A DNA stretch of 64,000 nucleotides from Octopus vulgaris (GCA_951406725.2 OX597829.1:7998001-8062000), one strand, 5' to 3'. Numbered from the stretch's first letter, positions 1 to 15,780 are shown. The notes: generated from the sequence alone by a model not told the origin. Made by a program: numbers and translations.

Positions 1-920
<920 letters not shown>

Positions 921-1190
921 TGAAGCTGGATGAAGCTGGATCTCTTAAAATGAAGCTGGATGAAGCTGGATCTCTTAAAATGAAGCTGGATCTCTTCCTG
1001 TCGGGTGTCCCAGATGAACCAACTTCACGGCAGGAGGGGCAGATGAGGGCAGCTGCATCGAACTCTCTCATGCACCAAATAGCAGTTGCTAGAAAGCCTC
1101 CATGAAGTAAAACCAAGTAGCAACACCAAATGGCGGTGCCCCAGCATCCACAGCTCATAGGCTGGAACTGAATCAATCAATCAATCAATC
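921..1190 (+). mobile_element. CR1-clade LINE 3' end (ORF2 C-terminus, 3' tail, (TCAA)n)
   Basis: Encodes [31 protein letters not shown], homologous to the C-terminus of the CR1 copy at 37610-38185; tail GGCGGTGCCCCAGCAT then (tcaa)n; 30-bp unit duplicated at the 5' junction. Confidence 0.8.
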
Positions 1191-2241
<1,051 letters not shown>

Positions 2242-2299
2242 TGAAATGAACAGGCTTTAGTCTCTACTCTACTCACATTTCTGAGCATTGGCAACAGTT

Positions 2300-2566
2300 G
2301 TTAGCTGCTGAGTTTCCCCATGTAATATAATACAATATGAAGTATTATATAAATGAATATGACCCACCAGCCGTAGTGCACCTGCATGTCATCAGATAAG
2401 TTAAGGGGAAAATCAGCTTTTACAAATGCATAGATACAATTGTTGGGATTTGTGAAGAAATAAGAAATAAAGTGTCTTACCCAACAACACAACACATAGC
2501 CTGGTCTGGGAATTGAATCCACTACTTCATGAATGTGAACCCAAAGTTCTTACTGAGCCATGCACC
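2300..2566 (-). mobile_element. Degenerate tRNA-derived SINE
   Basis: Minus strand begins gtgcatggctcagtaag...ggattcaattcccagaccagg (A/B-box-like) followed by gtgttgttgggtaagacacttt, matching the CORE-like segment of the SINEs at 22846-23146 and 63292-63627. Confidence 0.6.
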
Positions 2567-2621
<55 letters not shown>

Positions 2622-3067
2622 GCATATGATGTCAGACGATGTCTTCTTCATTGGCCTCATGATCAGGACAGTTTTGTGCATTATTTGGGGCAATTTATAT
2701 AATGCATCGATTAACTAAGCTTTTGTTTTTCTATCTGTTGCAGAGATGTAAAGATTCTTTTTTTTTTTTTTAGCTCAATGCAGAAGCTTTGTGAGGCTTT
2801 TTTTATTCTGTTGCCCTAATGAAATTCTTTACACACATGCATACACACACACACATTGGCACACAAACACACACACAACAAACATAGACACACTTGGCAT
2901 CAGTGATATACATATACAGAAATAAGTCATAAAGAGGGATCTTTTCTGTTGCCGTCACAGAGTTTGAAATTTTAAATTAAGTGAGAATTTTCAAAATTGG
3001 TACATTGAAGTACTTTTTCACACTGAATCCAACATTGTAATTCATTTATTCTAGAAAAATTTTCTCT

Positions 3068-3400
3068 TGGGCAAGCGTCTTCTGCTATAGTCCCGGGCCA
3101 ACCAATGCCTTGTGAGGGGATTTGGTAGACAGAAACTGAAAGAAGCCCGTCGTGTATATGTATATGTATGTATGTGTGTGTGTTTGTGTGTCTGTGTTTG
3201 TCCCCCTAGCATTGCTTGACAACCGATGCTGGTGTGTTTACGTCCCTGTCACTTAGCGGTTCGGCAAAAAGAGACCGATAGAATAAGAACTGGGCTTACA
3301 AAGAATAAGTCCCAGGATCAATTTGCTCGACTAAAGGCGGTGCTCCAGCATGGCCGCAGTCAAATGACTGAAACAAGTAAAAGAAAAGAAGAAAAAAAAG
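3068..3400 (+). mobile_element. SINE family A (5'-truncated)
   Basis: Near-identical to the full copy at 44492-44900, from cttgggcaag through ggcggtgctccagcatggccgcagtcaaatgactgaaacaagtaaaag. Confidence 0.9.
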
Positions 3401-4352
3401 AAAAGAGGTTTAAATTTGGTAATTTTGAACCAATCAGAAATATCAGGGTTTGAAAGGTAGCAATTTCAGTGTGATTGCTATCACAAAATGAAAGAAAACT
3501 ATGAGGAGCTTTTAAAGAAAATGAGAGCAATTATGTGTCAGCAAGAGCAGCATGTGTGAGAGATATACACATACAGTGAGAGAATGATAAAGAGAGTGGT
3601 AAACATAGAGAGAAAGGAGAGCCAGATAGAGGCATATGTAGGTTGGTATATTTGACAAACCTAAAAGTTGAATTATTTCTCATGGCAAACTATATCTTTT
3701 GATTTATTACAACCAAACACCTTGTTGTTGAGATGCAGATTTTGAAAATCAAATCTGTTTTTCTCAAAGACAGAGCTTTTTTGGAGCCTTTCTGTAATAT
3801 GTTCACATACACCCATCTATATAGCATGTGTATGCATGTATGTGTGTGTGTGTGTGTGTGCCCACACACACTATATATAGGTGCAGGTTTGGCTGTGCAG
3901 CTGAGAAGCTTGCTTCTTAAGCACACAGTTTGAGTTGAATCTCACAGTGAGGCAACTACCTTTATCATAATCGTTGAAACTGAAACAAGTCCATCATATA
4001 CATGTACACACACACACACATATATATATAGAGAGGGAGAGAGGGGGGAGAGCATAAGTCTGTATGTTTGTGCTTCCTTTTCTAAACATCACATGACAGT
4101 TGAAAACGTGTGTCACTCATTTTCAATATTCTACGAAAGCATGTCTGACCATGGGGAAATATTGTATGGAAACAAGTGAGGATTGATCAGAAGAAGTGAA
4201 GTACACATGGTTGAAGAAAACTCCATTTGACCCATGGAAAAGTGGATGTTAAAATAATGATATTGATATGGTCAGACTGGAATGCATAATCAGAACGTTT
4301 GCCTGTGCCCAACAGTAAATTAGGGACCTTGTTGTCTGCCAGATCCCTTTAA

Positions 4353-5431
4353 CCCTTTTGTTACTATATTTCTGACCAAAATACACCCCTTATGTGTTTC
4401 AATTAATTTCTAACATAACCATAAATTTAGTCTGGTTTCATTAAACAACTATAACTTTTTTATTTATCAATATATTAATGTGATTTTTGGAAGATAATTT
4501 AATGAAATGTTCTCAACCAATTCTATACTATAATTTTTGTCACAAAGTGACTCTAATTGCAGGTAGATACAGGTAAATTCAACAAAATATAAAATTATCA
4601 AAATTTTGTTCAAACATTGCTATAGAAAATGGGTTATTAGCTAATATTCAATTGGGTATACAACAAAATTTTACAATAGAATTTGTTATTCTGGGTAACT
4701 TTCTGATACCCATAATAATATTTATGGCAAAATAGTCTTAATTTCATTTAAGGTTGTGGGAAACCACAAACTATCCTTTCTTTTGCTTTGTTTACATTTA
4801 GCGTAACGGTTCGTTTCCGCCGTAATGATTTCAAATAGGCTCATTTGAAAAAGTAAAAAGAAATAGTCTAAGGCTTTACTCTCCTGGGAAAGTCTGTGGC
4901 TTGGTCCAGTTTCTTCAGAAAAATCACCGAAAGAAACAGTTTTTAAATTTTCACTCCATTCAGGTGCCAATTCATTTTCTTTATCGCTGTCGGAGCTCTC
5001 GGATTCACTGTTTTCACTTTCGGAAAATGAAACATCAGATTCATTATCAAATACCACGCGCTTTTTTTTTTCAGTCAGATTTATCAAGGTCTTCAGTAGA
5101 AAATCCTTCGAATTCTGACTCACTGCTTGATATAATGAAATTTGTATCCATTTTTTGTCAGAATTACAAATTTTGAAAACACAGTAGGAACAAATTTCGG
5201 GAAAAAATCTCCCAAAATTCACGGAATTAAAATTGCACTTCAATCGTTGTACAAAACTGTAGATGAACTGTTTACGAAGTATAATCACGTGTTTTCACGA
5301 ATGTACTAAAGAGATTTGCTCTGATATTCTCATTTACATATGAATAGGTAAATACGGGCGGGTTTGGGCGGCTTGGTCACATGAACCAAAATTTTTTTCG
5401 GGCAGCTTTGGGCGGTTTGGTAATGAAAGGG
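4353..5431 (-). mobile_element. Internally deleted piggyBac DNA transposon
   Basis: Left end TTAA|CCCTTTTGTTACT and right end GGTAATGAAAGGG form imperfect TIRs. ORF 4722-5288(-) has an acidic N-terminus plus ALDYFFLLF...EIITAETNRYA...WFPTTLNEIK, typical of the piggyBac transposase N-terminal region. The catalytic domain is absent. Confidence 0.85.
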
Positions 5432-5949
5432 TAGCAACCATCTGGCAACATGTGATCAGAAAAAGTTTATAATATTCCCATCCTACAATTAAAATATACA
5501 CTCGTAAGTGAGTGTAAAATAAGCAGCCTTCAAATAACAATTATTTCAACTAGTATAACTGTTGTAGAAAACCTGGTGTCTATGAAAAAGTAACCCGCTA
5601 TAACTTCATCAGGTGTAACTTTAGCTGAATCAAGGTTCCCTTTAGTATTCCTAGTTGACCTAGATTGGTGTTTTTGCACTGCTTTCCTCAAACCTTACGG
5701 AGTTTTTATTACTTTCTCATTAGGAGCAAAGATGAGAGTCTTCTTTTCTTTGCAAGCAATCTCTGTTGGCAGTAGTAGTTATGAACTCATATACAGAATT
5801 GCAATTCTTATCCTCAAGCCTGTCACAGAAAGTGTACTACAGTTGTAAACTTGTTGTACAGTTTAGCATCACCTGCTACTTTTCCCACACACACACTCCA
5901 CTACCAAAAGAAAATGACTTCCAGTTACCAGAAAACTACTGAGCAATTA

Positions 5950-7050
5950 CCTTTTCAGCTCAAACCACCAAATTTTCAAACCTATTCTCCTTAATAGAAT
6001 TGCTCTTCATATCAATCCCATTCTATAACATGAGACAACTAAAATGGCTTCTGCAATGAAAGCCCAACACCACTGCAGATCATTGCCTTAGCAGATTCAC
6101 AAAAGAGGAAATCTCCAAATGCTTGTATTGCTGTATAGACATACATGACATTTAATAGTATTGACATAATAGCTATGTTAAAAATTTTGTTGAACTGAGG
6201 TACTCCACATGAGATTATCAAAACTATTACTATCATGAATGAAAACCCATCAAGCACTCAGCAGAACAGAAACAGTCCATCAAAAGCAGAAATCCTGAAA
6301 GAGACACCCAAGCGCCTTTTCTTTTTGTGACTATGAGAGACTTAAGCAAAGTCTTGATCCCAACCAAATACAAAAACTTCATCATCAAAATATTTGTAAA
6401 ACTTTAATGCTTTGATTTTAACTACACTGATAACCTTTCCCTTGCTGCTTAAGTGTGTGATGCATAAAACTTGTTGATATCACTTGAGAATGGTTCAACC
6501 AAAATTAGCCTGTTTCTTCATGCAAGGAAAAACCAACTACATGATTATCAAAAGCTGTCCACCAATTTATTCCAACAATGATAAACAATACAAAACTGTC
6601 AGCAACTTCAAGCACCTTGGATCCTATGTTGCTGATCGTAAGGAAAACTTTCTATCGTGCAAGAGACAAGCCTGAAGTGCTTGTAACAAGCTCCCAAACA
6701 TCTGACAGTGAAGTATTTCAAAGTCAATAAGGATATAGAAAGTATTCTTCTGTATGGAGCTAAAAATTGAAGAGGTTTCAAGATCCCTTTAGTAGTAAGT
6801 ATACCAGGCTTCTCTTAAGAGCTGAAAGCATTTCATATCACAAGCACAAGAACATAGAGATTTATGGACACATTCCACTCATCTTTATAATTTTCACTCA
6901 ATGTAAACTAGGCTCTGCTGGTCACACTATCAAGTTGAAACTCAGGCCAAATGTGATGTTATATTTCTGCAGACTATATAAAGGTTGAAAACCTCACACT
7001 ACATTGGCATTATTAGCACAGATACATAACATGAAATTATTAGCACAGAT
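5950..7050 (+). pseudogene. Highly decayed RTE-group LINE reverse transcriptase
   Basis: Broken frames resemble GVLQGDTLAPFLF (6284-6340), DYADD (DFNYTDNL, ~6412), NFKHLGSYV and ESILLYGA. Confidence 0.6.
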
Positions 7051-9809
7051 ACATAACATGAAATCAAGGACATACCAAAGTTACTGAGGTACACAGGCAT
7101 TTGTCATCATCACAACAACCATACAAGAGAAGGACGATGAGGAGGAGGGATCACTTACTGTCTTAAAAAAATACATTGGAACACCTGCTGACTTAAAAAC
7201 AAATAACAACTCTTAAAAACAGAACACCTGAGAACACCTACTGCCTTGAAAACAAAATACATAACAGGAACCCCACTGTTCATAGGTCTGCTCAATCAAA
7301 ACTAACCTGAGTTTAAACGACAAAGAATAACACATAGGGATAATGTGATCAAGGTAATAAAAAAAGAAGTTATGGCTATAGTAAGTGGAACCCTTTTCAT
7401 AAAATTACTATATTCAAGTTAAACTGAAAGGATACATTGGACAATATAGTCCCAAATAAACTATATCTGAACAATAACTTTGAAGGTACACAATATTTTT
7501 GATTACAGACCTGCAGTAATCAGTACTAACTTGGAACTAACCATACACAAGTTCTAGGATCAATTCTATCAAATTTTGATATGTTTTTCTATATCTCAAT
7601 CAACATGGATTTGCTGTTAAAAAATTTGAAACAATATTCTATCCTAAAACAAATGTTATTAGCTCAGTTTTTATAACCTGATAAATGTGATAAAATCTTT
7701 TTGCAGACAATGAATAAACATATAAATAAAACTTGTTCACAATTACCCTTACAGCTTAATTAGTTTTATTGTTTAATATGTTTAAACTCTTATAAATAGC
7801 TTATAATTTCTCCAAATCAGAGAATTAGTTAAGATCGACCTGAATTACCAAATTTACTCCAATACAAAAGATACCAAAATTCACATAATGGGATCTTAAG
7901 CTAAGCAGTCAAACTTCAACATTTATTTGTGGACCAAAATGTTTGGTAAGTGATGCTGTGAAACATGATTTTTAAACTATTTTTCTAAAATAATCGTTCA
8001 GGCTGTTGACACTGCCCACATGCAATGACTTTGTCTTTAAAAACATTGCTTTTATTCAACAAAAGAAATGGTTGATTAAGTAATTAACAGACAATGCAGT
8101 CATTATGTAGTGCTCCTTACTATCATCATCCTTCCAGTCTATCTCAGACTGTATCTTGGCTTTAACTGCCCTGCCATCTTTCTAATTCTAGAATCATGTT
8201 ACTTTTGGTTTGACTAGGATTTTACTCCAGTCACATTATTAGATTTGTAGCCCTAAGAAGGTTATTTCATAAAAATTCCCAGTTGAATTCTTTGTTACAC
8301 ATATTTAAATCTACTTATCTATATTCATGTGCGCCAGTTACAATTTCTCTATTCTTGATTGTTGGAACTTGTAATTTTCAAACCTTCCTCTCTCTATGCT
8401 GTCTTTCTTTTCTGTGTCTGCCCAGCTCTGATACAGAAGTCACTGGCTACTAACGTACTTTGTGTAATAACAGTCTTCATGAGGAAAGGTTTTGGTATTT
8501 GCAATAACCATTCTATCCCATGTCTTTTATGCGAATAAATACAAAAAGCAGTGATGGTACGTATACAAGCTTAAAATCAGTTTGAGAGATATATGAACCT
8601 ATAAAGGATTTTCACAAGCAGTTGATCATGGAGAAAAAAGTTTTAAAACACCATAGTAAGTTCACAGTACCCTCTATTAGACTGATGGACATATTTTGAA
8701 CTCGTTTGTTCTCTTAAGCAACCAGATTCTAAGACAACCAATTCTGAGTTGATTAGAAAGCACAAGTATGTCAATATTATTTACTGACTGAACAAATAGA
8801 CAGCCAAGTTGAAACATGTGAACAGATACACAATACACAGACAGAAAGTATATAAACTAAAGACCAGTTCAAATATCTCTCAAATAAGCATACATCTATG
8901 TACATACATACATTATTAGTTGTCAACTCATCCTCTCTTGTATGACATCTTGGAATTTCATCTTGAGCCATTTTCCTTGCATGACTTCACAGATGACTTT
9001 TTGTGCCAGCTTTCAATCTCATCACTTTGCCACACATGTTGCACTTCAGAACAAATTGTTGGCGATACTGTACCTACTTCATATCATCATACCCACTCAT
9101 GTGGCTCTTGAAACCAGCAAGAGAAAGACAGACTATTCCACATGTTTCACATTCATTACTTTTGTCTACAACTTTTGATATTGCTGCTTGTTTCTTCTTC
9201 TAAATTGCTCTTTGTATGAAGCATGGTGAGTTGTTCCCCTCTCAAACAATGCTACACCATCAATGATTTTTTTTTCTTCACCCACATGTAACTATAAAAT
9301 TTTTCCCACACCCTACTCCACTAAACAAAACTACATATTGTTTCTTCCTTACATTTCCTCTTTTTCATGCACTATGTTTATGCTTTCTCTCCCTTCTAAC
9401 TCCTGCAGCCCAATCCTGTCCCCTGTATCACTGCTATCTTGTTCTCCCACCCCCATCATCCTCTATACACCCAGTTTTCACCAGTCATTGCATCCTACCC
9501 ACCACTTTGCATTTATGTGAACTCCCTACTCCCTACTCATACACGGCAATACTGTGCTCTCCAATTCATATTCTCATCCTTGTACTTTGAGAGTATGCCT
9601 TGGCACATCCCCCCTCCCTCTCTCTCTCTCTCTTGAACTCTCACATTCTTGCTCTCTTTCTCTCTCTCACCCCTGACTAGAGTAACTATGTATCTCCTCA
9701 GCAAGATACCTGTTTCTGTCCCTCTGTTACACTATAACCGTTCGTCACCTGGCACAAGGCCACCTCCTGCAATAGCCCCTACTCTCACAGGTGTTTGTCT
9801 TGTGCTGGT

Positions 9810-10200
9810 GCCACTTAAAAAGTATGCAGTCAACACTGTAAAGTGATTGGCATTTGGAAGGGCATCTAGCTGTTAAAACTGTGCCAATGCAGACCTGGTT
9901 GGTGCTGGTGTCACATAAAAAGCAACCAGTTCACTCCGTAAAGTGGTTGGTGTTAGGAATGGCATCCAGCCATTAAAAAAACCATGCCAAAACAGACCTC
10001 ATTGGTGCTGGTGCCCGTAAAAAGCATTCAGTGCACTTTGTAAGATGGTTGGCATTAGAAAGGGTATCAAGCCATAAAAAACTATGCCAAAACAGACAAT
10101 GAAACTTGGTGCAGTCTTCTGGCTTGCCAATTCCTGTCAAACCATCCAACCTATGCCAGAATGGAGAGTGGACATTAAATGATGACTGCAATGATGATGA
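9810..10200 (+). mobile_element. RTE 3'-UTR-type element with triplicated module
   Basis: Three diverged tandem copies of aaaaagca...gtggttggc(g/a)ttaggaagggcatc(c)agc...gcca, then the usual tail ending tggacattaaatgatga. Confidence 0.75.
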
Positions 10201-10499
10201 TTTTGCTCTCTCAGCAACTTCTTTGTTCTGGTCCTCAATAAAAATAGCATATTTCTTCAAGTTCATATTAAGAAATATATATTACTGTTTAGGCTTAGCC
10301 TGCCCATCCATCAATTGTCAAAGAAATGGTGTCCATAGCTGGAATCACAACTGATTGACAATCTACACACATGATGTCTTTGACTATTAGGCATGGTCGG
10401 CTTCTGTTATCTTGGAAGAACACCAACATTATTATGAATAAAAGGTGAATAGCATGCTTGTTTGTTTGAAATGTGTATACGCTGTTGAAAGACAAGGTT

Positions 10500-10975
10500 A
10501 TATTTTTCTTTCAGAATTTTCTCAAGGGATCTACTCATGGATTCAGTGTACGCGTATGTCTAGCTATGAGGTAGATTATGAATGAAATGTAATATAATCT
10601 ACTTAGAAGTAACAAGAAGCAGGTCATTAACATACAGAAGGAAGAATAAGGAAGACTTGACTGAACTTTAGAATATGCCCCAAATAACAGAAAATGGTTT
10701 GGATAAGGCTCATTCAGCACTCAACTACAACTGTAAGGTTGGACAAAAAGCTCTGTCAAAGAAATAGGAAACAGATGTAAACCAAACCCTTAAACTCAGA
10801 TGCAATGAAAGATTTTGTGATGTTAAGTGCAGTAACAGTAATTTTGCAGGAAGTTCTCAAGGGCAAGAAATAATGATTAGTGACATAAAGCAAGTCTACC
10901 CAATCCTTACTAGTAGTCAGAGAGAAGGATAGAGACTTGAGAGGGATGAAGAAGGAGATTGTAAACAAGTATTGC
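10500..10975 (-). pseudogene. Decayed L2/CR1-like LINE RT fragment
   Basis: Minus-strand frames give TALNITKSF (resembles VALDISKAF) and FLLYVNDLL; related remnants at 12450-13440 (PDVILKILARLF). Confidence 0.5.
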
Positions 10976-11221
10976 AGTTTGCTTCGTGCTTAGCCTCCAA
11001 TAAGTTCATTATGTTATTTAACTTTTCAATGATAATAATATTCTACAATTTGTCAAATGACATGACATCAAGTAATCTGACAGAAAGGACTTTTTTGAAA
11101 TCCTATCTGACATAAGCTTTACATCCATCAACAGTGAAAAATAATAGATTTTTCTTATACTTTATTTGATAATTTTATTTTCCAATATTTCCCAGAAAAA
11201 AAAAATATATATATATATCTA

Positions 11222-11340
11222 TAAAATAATATGTGACAATTATTCAGTAGCCAAGATAAAACTCTGAGTTTCGGATTCCGAGGTGGAAATCCACACCACC
11301 ATCTCTTCGGTTATCCGAATAACCGTCACATATTATTTTA
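11222..11340 (-). ncRNA. Hammerhead-like motif inside an inverted repeat (U4C variant)
   Basis: Minus strand: GATAA-CCGAAGA-[31 nt]-GAA-ACTC-A-GAGT-T-TTATC, enclosed by a ~26-bp outer stem. Confidence 0.45.
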
Positions 11341-11408
11341 CAGATAAATTTCCTCTATTTACATAATATTGAGGTCTCTTTCTTTCTTTTGTTATCTTAC
11401 CGTTTTTA

Positions 11409-11443
<35 letters not shown>

Positions 11444-12210
11444 AAAAATCTATGGAATTTAACAACTTGACTGTATTTTCACCAATTTCGATCTAGGTTG
11501 ATGGAAGGAATATTTTATTATTACTATTGAACTGAATCTAAATATTTCTTCAAATCTTCCTCATTCTTGCCCAGCCATGTCTCAATTCTACTTGTGACAC
11601 CTGGCAGATCTCTCTCTTATGACAAAGAGTACAAAATAATATAAACCAAGTGTCTTATTTAAAATGTTTCCAACTGATACAGCTAGCTTGTAATGCTTCA
11701 TACATAAGCCTGAGATGTTTCATATCTCCTATCACTTGATTGGAATTGGATAAAATGAAATACAATGATAGATTGTGGTGTTTTTATTACATTAATTATT
11801 TCTATTTATGAGTATCTTTCCAGCTGTAAAGACATCTCTGCAACAAACTGAGACATTAAATCCCCCCCACCCCACCCCACTTTTTTTAAGGACAGCACAT
11901 TCAATAATTACTTAAAAGTTCCTCACTGTATCTCATAACGGTGTAACATAACATTGTGAGAACATATATTTCTTTTAAATCATTTAATTAGAGAAAGGTA
12001 TGTGATACCTGGAGGTGCTGCAGTCCAACTCAAACAGGTGAAATTCAATGTGGTCAAAGTTGGGCCTGAATGTCTTATAGGTTGATGGCATGGGGAAAAT
12101 ATGATGAAAGAAGTTAAATTCCAGAATTCTGCTGGTCTGAGAAGGATCAGGTGAAAGAAAGTAACAAGTGTAATGTCAGGTGGATGGTATGAAGTTCAGT
12201 GGGCATGGGG

Positions 12211-12441
12211 TAGGTGGCGAGCTGGCAGAAATGTTAGCACGCCGGGCAAAATACATAGCCGTATTTCGTCTGCCGTTACGTTCTGAGTTCAAATTCCATC
12301 AAGGTCGACTTTGCCTTTCATCCTTTCGGGGTCGATAAATTAAGTACCAGTTACGCACTGGGGTCGATGTAATCTACTTAATCCGTTTGTTCTTGTTTGT
12401 CCCCTCTGTGTTTAGCCCCTTGTGGGTAGTAAAGAAATAGG
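12211..12441 (+). mobile_element. SINE family B (tRNA-like head, Meta/MESC-like central domain)
   Basis: gagctggcagaaatgttagcacgccgggc...gagttcaaattcc, then gactttgcctttcatcctttcggggtcgataaattaagtaccag; the domain name is from recall and not verified. Confidence 0.8.
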
Positions 12442-12449
12442 TATGCAAC

Positions 12450-13440
12450 TTGTTAGATCAATGGGGTACAAAAAGCCATTGTTTTTACTGTAAAAGTAGA
12501 AAGAAACAACAGGAACCAGTGGTTGTAGCATGACAAAGTTTGACCCACCATATTGGTAAGTGAAATTTTGTCAAACAGCCTTGCGAGTATTTTCAGGATG
12601 ACATCAGGAACATGTGTGTCATGTCTGCGGTGGGGCCACCACTGCCAAACATACAAGCAGAATTCTCTTTTGCATATCAGTTTCTTCACAATTTTGGTTT
12701 GATGTCCAAGATGAATGGTGAAAGCAAACTACTTAAAGCCAGCATCTGCCATTACAACTATCTGTCTTCTCAAACTCAAAACTTCACTGTAATCTTGGTG
12801 TGGGAAGCCAGAAAGTGGCTAGCTTTGAGAAGCTAACTGCTCATAAAGCCTGAGGTACAGCAGTGTTGATCATATAGTGATTGAAGGGAGCATGTTAAGT
12901 GCATGCAATATTGTAGAATTTTAAGAAGCATCCAATTCAAAATATATGAGAGAGAGAGAAAGTGAGAGATAAAGAGAAAGATAAAGAGAGCTAAAACAGG
13001 TAACTTTGCAAGGGGGACTTTTTGATTTTCCTTTCTTTCTTCTGCCAGGAATGGCATAAAAGCTCTACTGATGCCAAGTTTACATCTGCTGAAGTTCTCA
13101 AAGACAAGCAACCACTAGTGGGTTAATTGAGAGAACAGATCCACTGAGTTTGTAGTTTCCAATGCAAACTATATTGGAGGTCATTAAGAAAAAATGAAAT
13201 TCAAAGTGATAAAGGAGTTTAGTTTCACCAGCATTCATGAAATATTAGTGAGAATGGTAGAATGGTAACAAGGGAGCTAGAATGATGAACAAATGGTAGT
13301 TAAGGGGCTGAGGATGGTGCTTAGCTTTCAAATAGAAATGATCCACAGAGATGGTACAGTGTTGGAGATCCACCACCGAAATGGATATATAAGCAAAAGT
13401 GGACAGCTCAGTAATCATAATAAAGTTTTTCACTAGAATA
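12450..13440 (-). pseudogene. Decayed LINE (L2/CR1-like) ORF2 remnant
   Basis: PDVILKILARLF and LAKLP-like segments in broken frames, collinear with the 10500-10975 fragment. Confidence 0.4.
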
Positions 13441-15369
13441 AGACTGGATAACTGTGATTATGATGGTAATCAATTAAGAACATAATGATTAATAACGACA
13501 TGTGTATTTCTTAAAAACAAAAAAGAAATTAAGAAAGATGATGATTTACATCTAAGTTAAATGTGCATATATAGCTACATAATTATTTCTTACATTTGGT
13601 TTTTACATTTTCAACCCAACTAACTACAATCTACAGCATGAGTTGGTGAGTTCAAGTACACATATGTACACAAAGAATATTAAATTCTAAATCAGCTAAG
13701 ATTTCTGGTCATTCCCACAATGATTTCAATTTACATACAAAAACATAGTCACATAAAAAAAACTGATGGCTATATTCTTTTCAATTTTTCATTGTTTACA
13801 TTTATGACAGTAAATAAAAATACTTTTAAACTACTTCTGGTGACATGCATTAAGTAACAGATATAATCTAGAGAATATAAAATGAACTTTTTCGAGAAAA
13901 TTCTATTTTTCAATTAAAATGCAATATATAGATTTGATATTCTTGGTAGACATTTCACAGTGTAGAACATAGATGCACACAGAAACATATAGAAAGTATA
14001 TTCATAACAACATTTTATTTGTTTGTTAGGTCCAATAGTTTTCACTTTGAAATTGCCATTCTAGACATTGGCAGAGTTACTAGAAATTTAACCTTTTCTT
14101 TCGTAGTTTTTTTTTTCTTAGAATTCTTTTTATATTTTTATATGAGGTCTTTATACTCAGTTTGAAATAGTTAAGTTTGCAAAAAAGGTATCCTTAACTT
14201 TTCTATTTTCTAGACTTTCAAGGTTTCATCTCTCAGATGCCGTTGTGTTGGAGTATATTGTTGCCATTTTATAGGCAGTAGGGTCAGTGAGCTTGGTGCT
14301 GACATTATGGCAGGAATTTTAGTTTTGAAGATTTTAACTGTTTTATTTATTGTCTGTATGTTTATTTTAGCAACGTGCTATGTTATAAGTATTGCTTCTA
14401 TCAATACTCTAGAAATAAAGATAAAAGAAACAATTTAACCTTGATAGCCACTAAAATAATATCAAGGATTGCTGAACATTATGAGTTCATGAAACAACTT
14501 AGCCATATCTATGGACTGAAGAAATTGGTTACATGGTACCTATGAAAATCTCATCTACAAGAGAGAAAGAAACCCTACTTGTTATGTTACATTGGTTAAA
14601 TGTTATAACATTTATTGTTTACAAGTTGAAATCTTTGAGCAGGAGAACACACTGCAAATTACCTTAACTCTTTCATGATACATTGAACATTTCCATTAAT
14701 TTCGAACTTAATCAAAAATTTGGATGGATGTAGTAAAATGAAGCAATATCATAATTTATTGATATTTTACAAATGTATTTGGCACTAGACTTATGTAAAA
14801 TAACGATGGATGGTTTTAGTTTAAATATGAATACCATAAAACCAGAGACAATCCCTTGCATGGTGGAAATCTGAAATCTTGCTATGGAAAATAATTTATA
14901 TGTTTTCGGAGGGGAATATTTCATTAAACAGACAATCCTATTCATATCAAAAGAGAAAATGCTCTTATGATTTCCAAAAGTAGCCTGTCATTAATCATAT
15001 CCAATAATGATGGATTGATTAGAATTTATATTTTACATATAATACATAAATCATCATCATCGTTTAACATCCGTTTTCCACGCTGGCATGGGTTGGACGG
15101 TTTGACTGAGCCAGTAGGCTGCACCAGGCTCCAATCTCATCAGGGTGCCCTTCCTAACACCAACCACTTTGAGAGTGTAATGGGTACTCATATATACGCA
15201 TGTGTGTGTGTGTGTGTATTTGTGTGTGTGAGCGCACTACTGAGTAAAAGGAAAATACATTGAAAGAAACTAAGACTTATAGTAAAACATGCTATATTGA
15301 AAATTAATACACTGAAGCATGTAAGTGTACATAAATATATATGTATATGTGTATACCCACATGCCTGTA

Positions 15370-15780
15370 TAAACATGAATGTACAACAGGTAGATTGTGT
15401 GGTACATGTATACAAGTTGTGATGCTGCATAATAGCAAGATGTGAACACTGAATGCAGAGGACGTGCAAAGGTTGGAAAGAAAAGAGGTGAGCATGACCC
15501 ACTGGAAGTCTAATGTTACTTGCATGAAGGGCAAAGCATAGGTGATCTGAGAGAAAACTGGGTATATAGGAAATCAACTGTGATGTGCAAGAGTGCCAGC
15601 TATGCTGACATGAACATAAAATGCATACGGATGAATACAGGAGGGTGAAGATGTCCAAGTAGATACATGAAAGAAAAAAAACCTTATGCAAGATGAAGCA
15701 CAAGAAAGATAAGAATAGAAGCAGTAAAGAAGAAGGTGAATGTCAGGAAGCAGAATCTACAGAAAGCAAGGGACCATATA
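15370..15780 (+). pseudogene. Old RTE LINE 3' ORF remnant
   Basis: Diverged homology to the [27 protein letters not shown] segment of the younger copies at 49180 and 55380. Confidence 0.6.

Noticed and set aside
2296-2400. Minus-strand CTGATGA...GAAAC hammerhead in an old SINE
   Set aside because: Stem II is out of register and stems I and III are poorly paired; too degenerate to support
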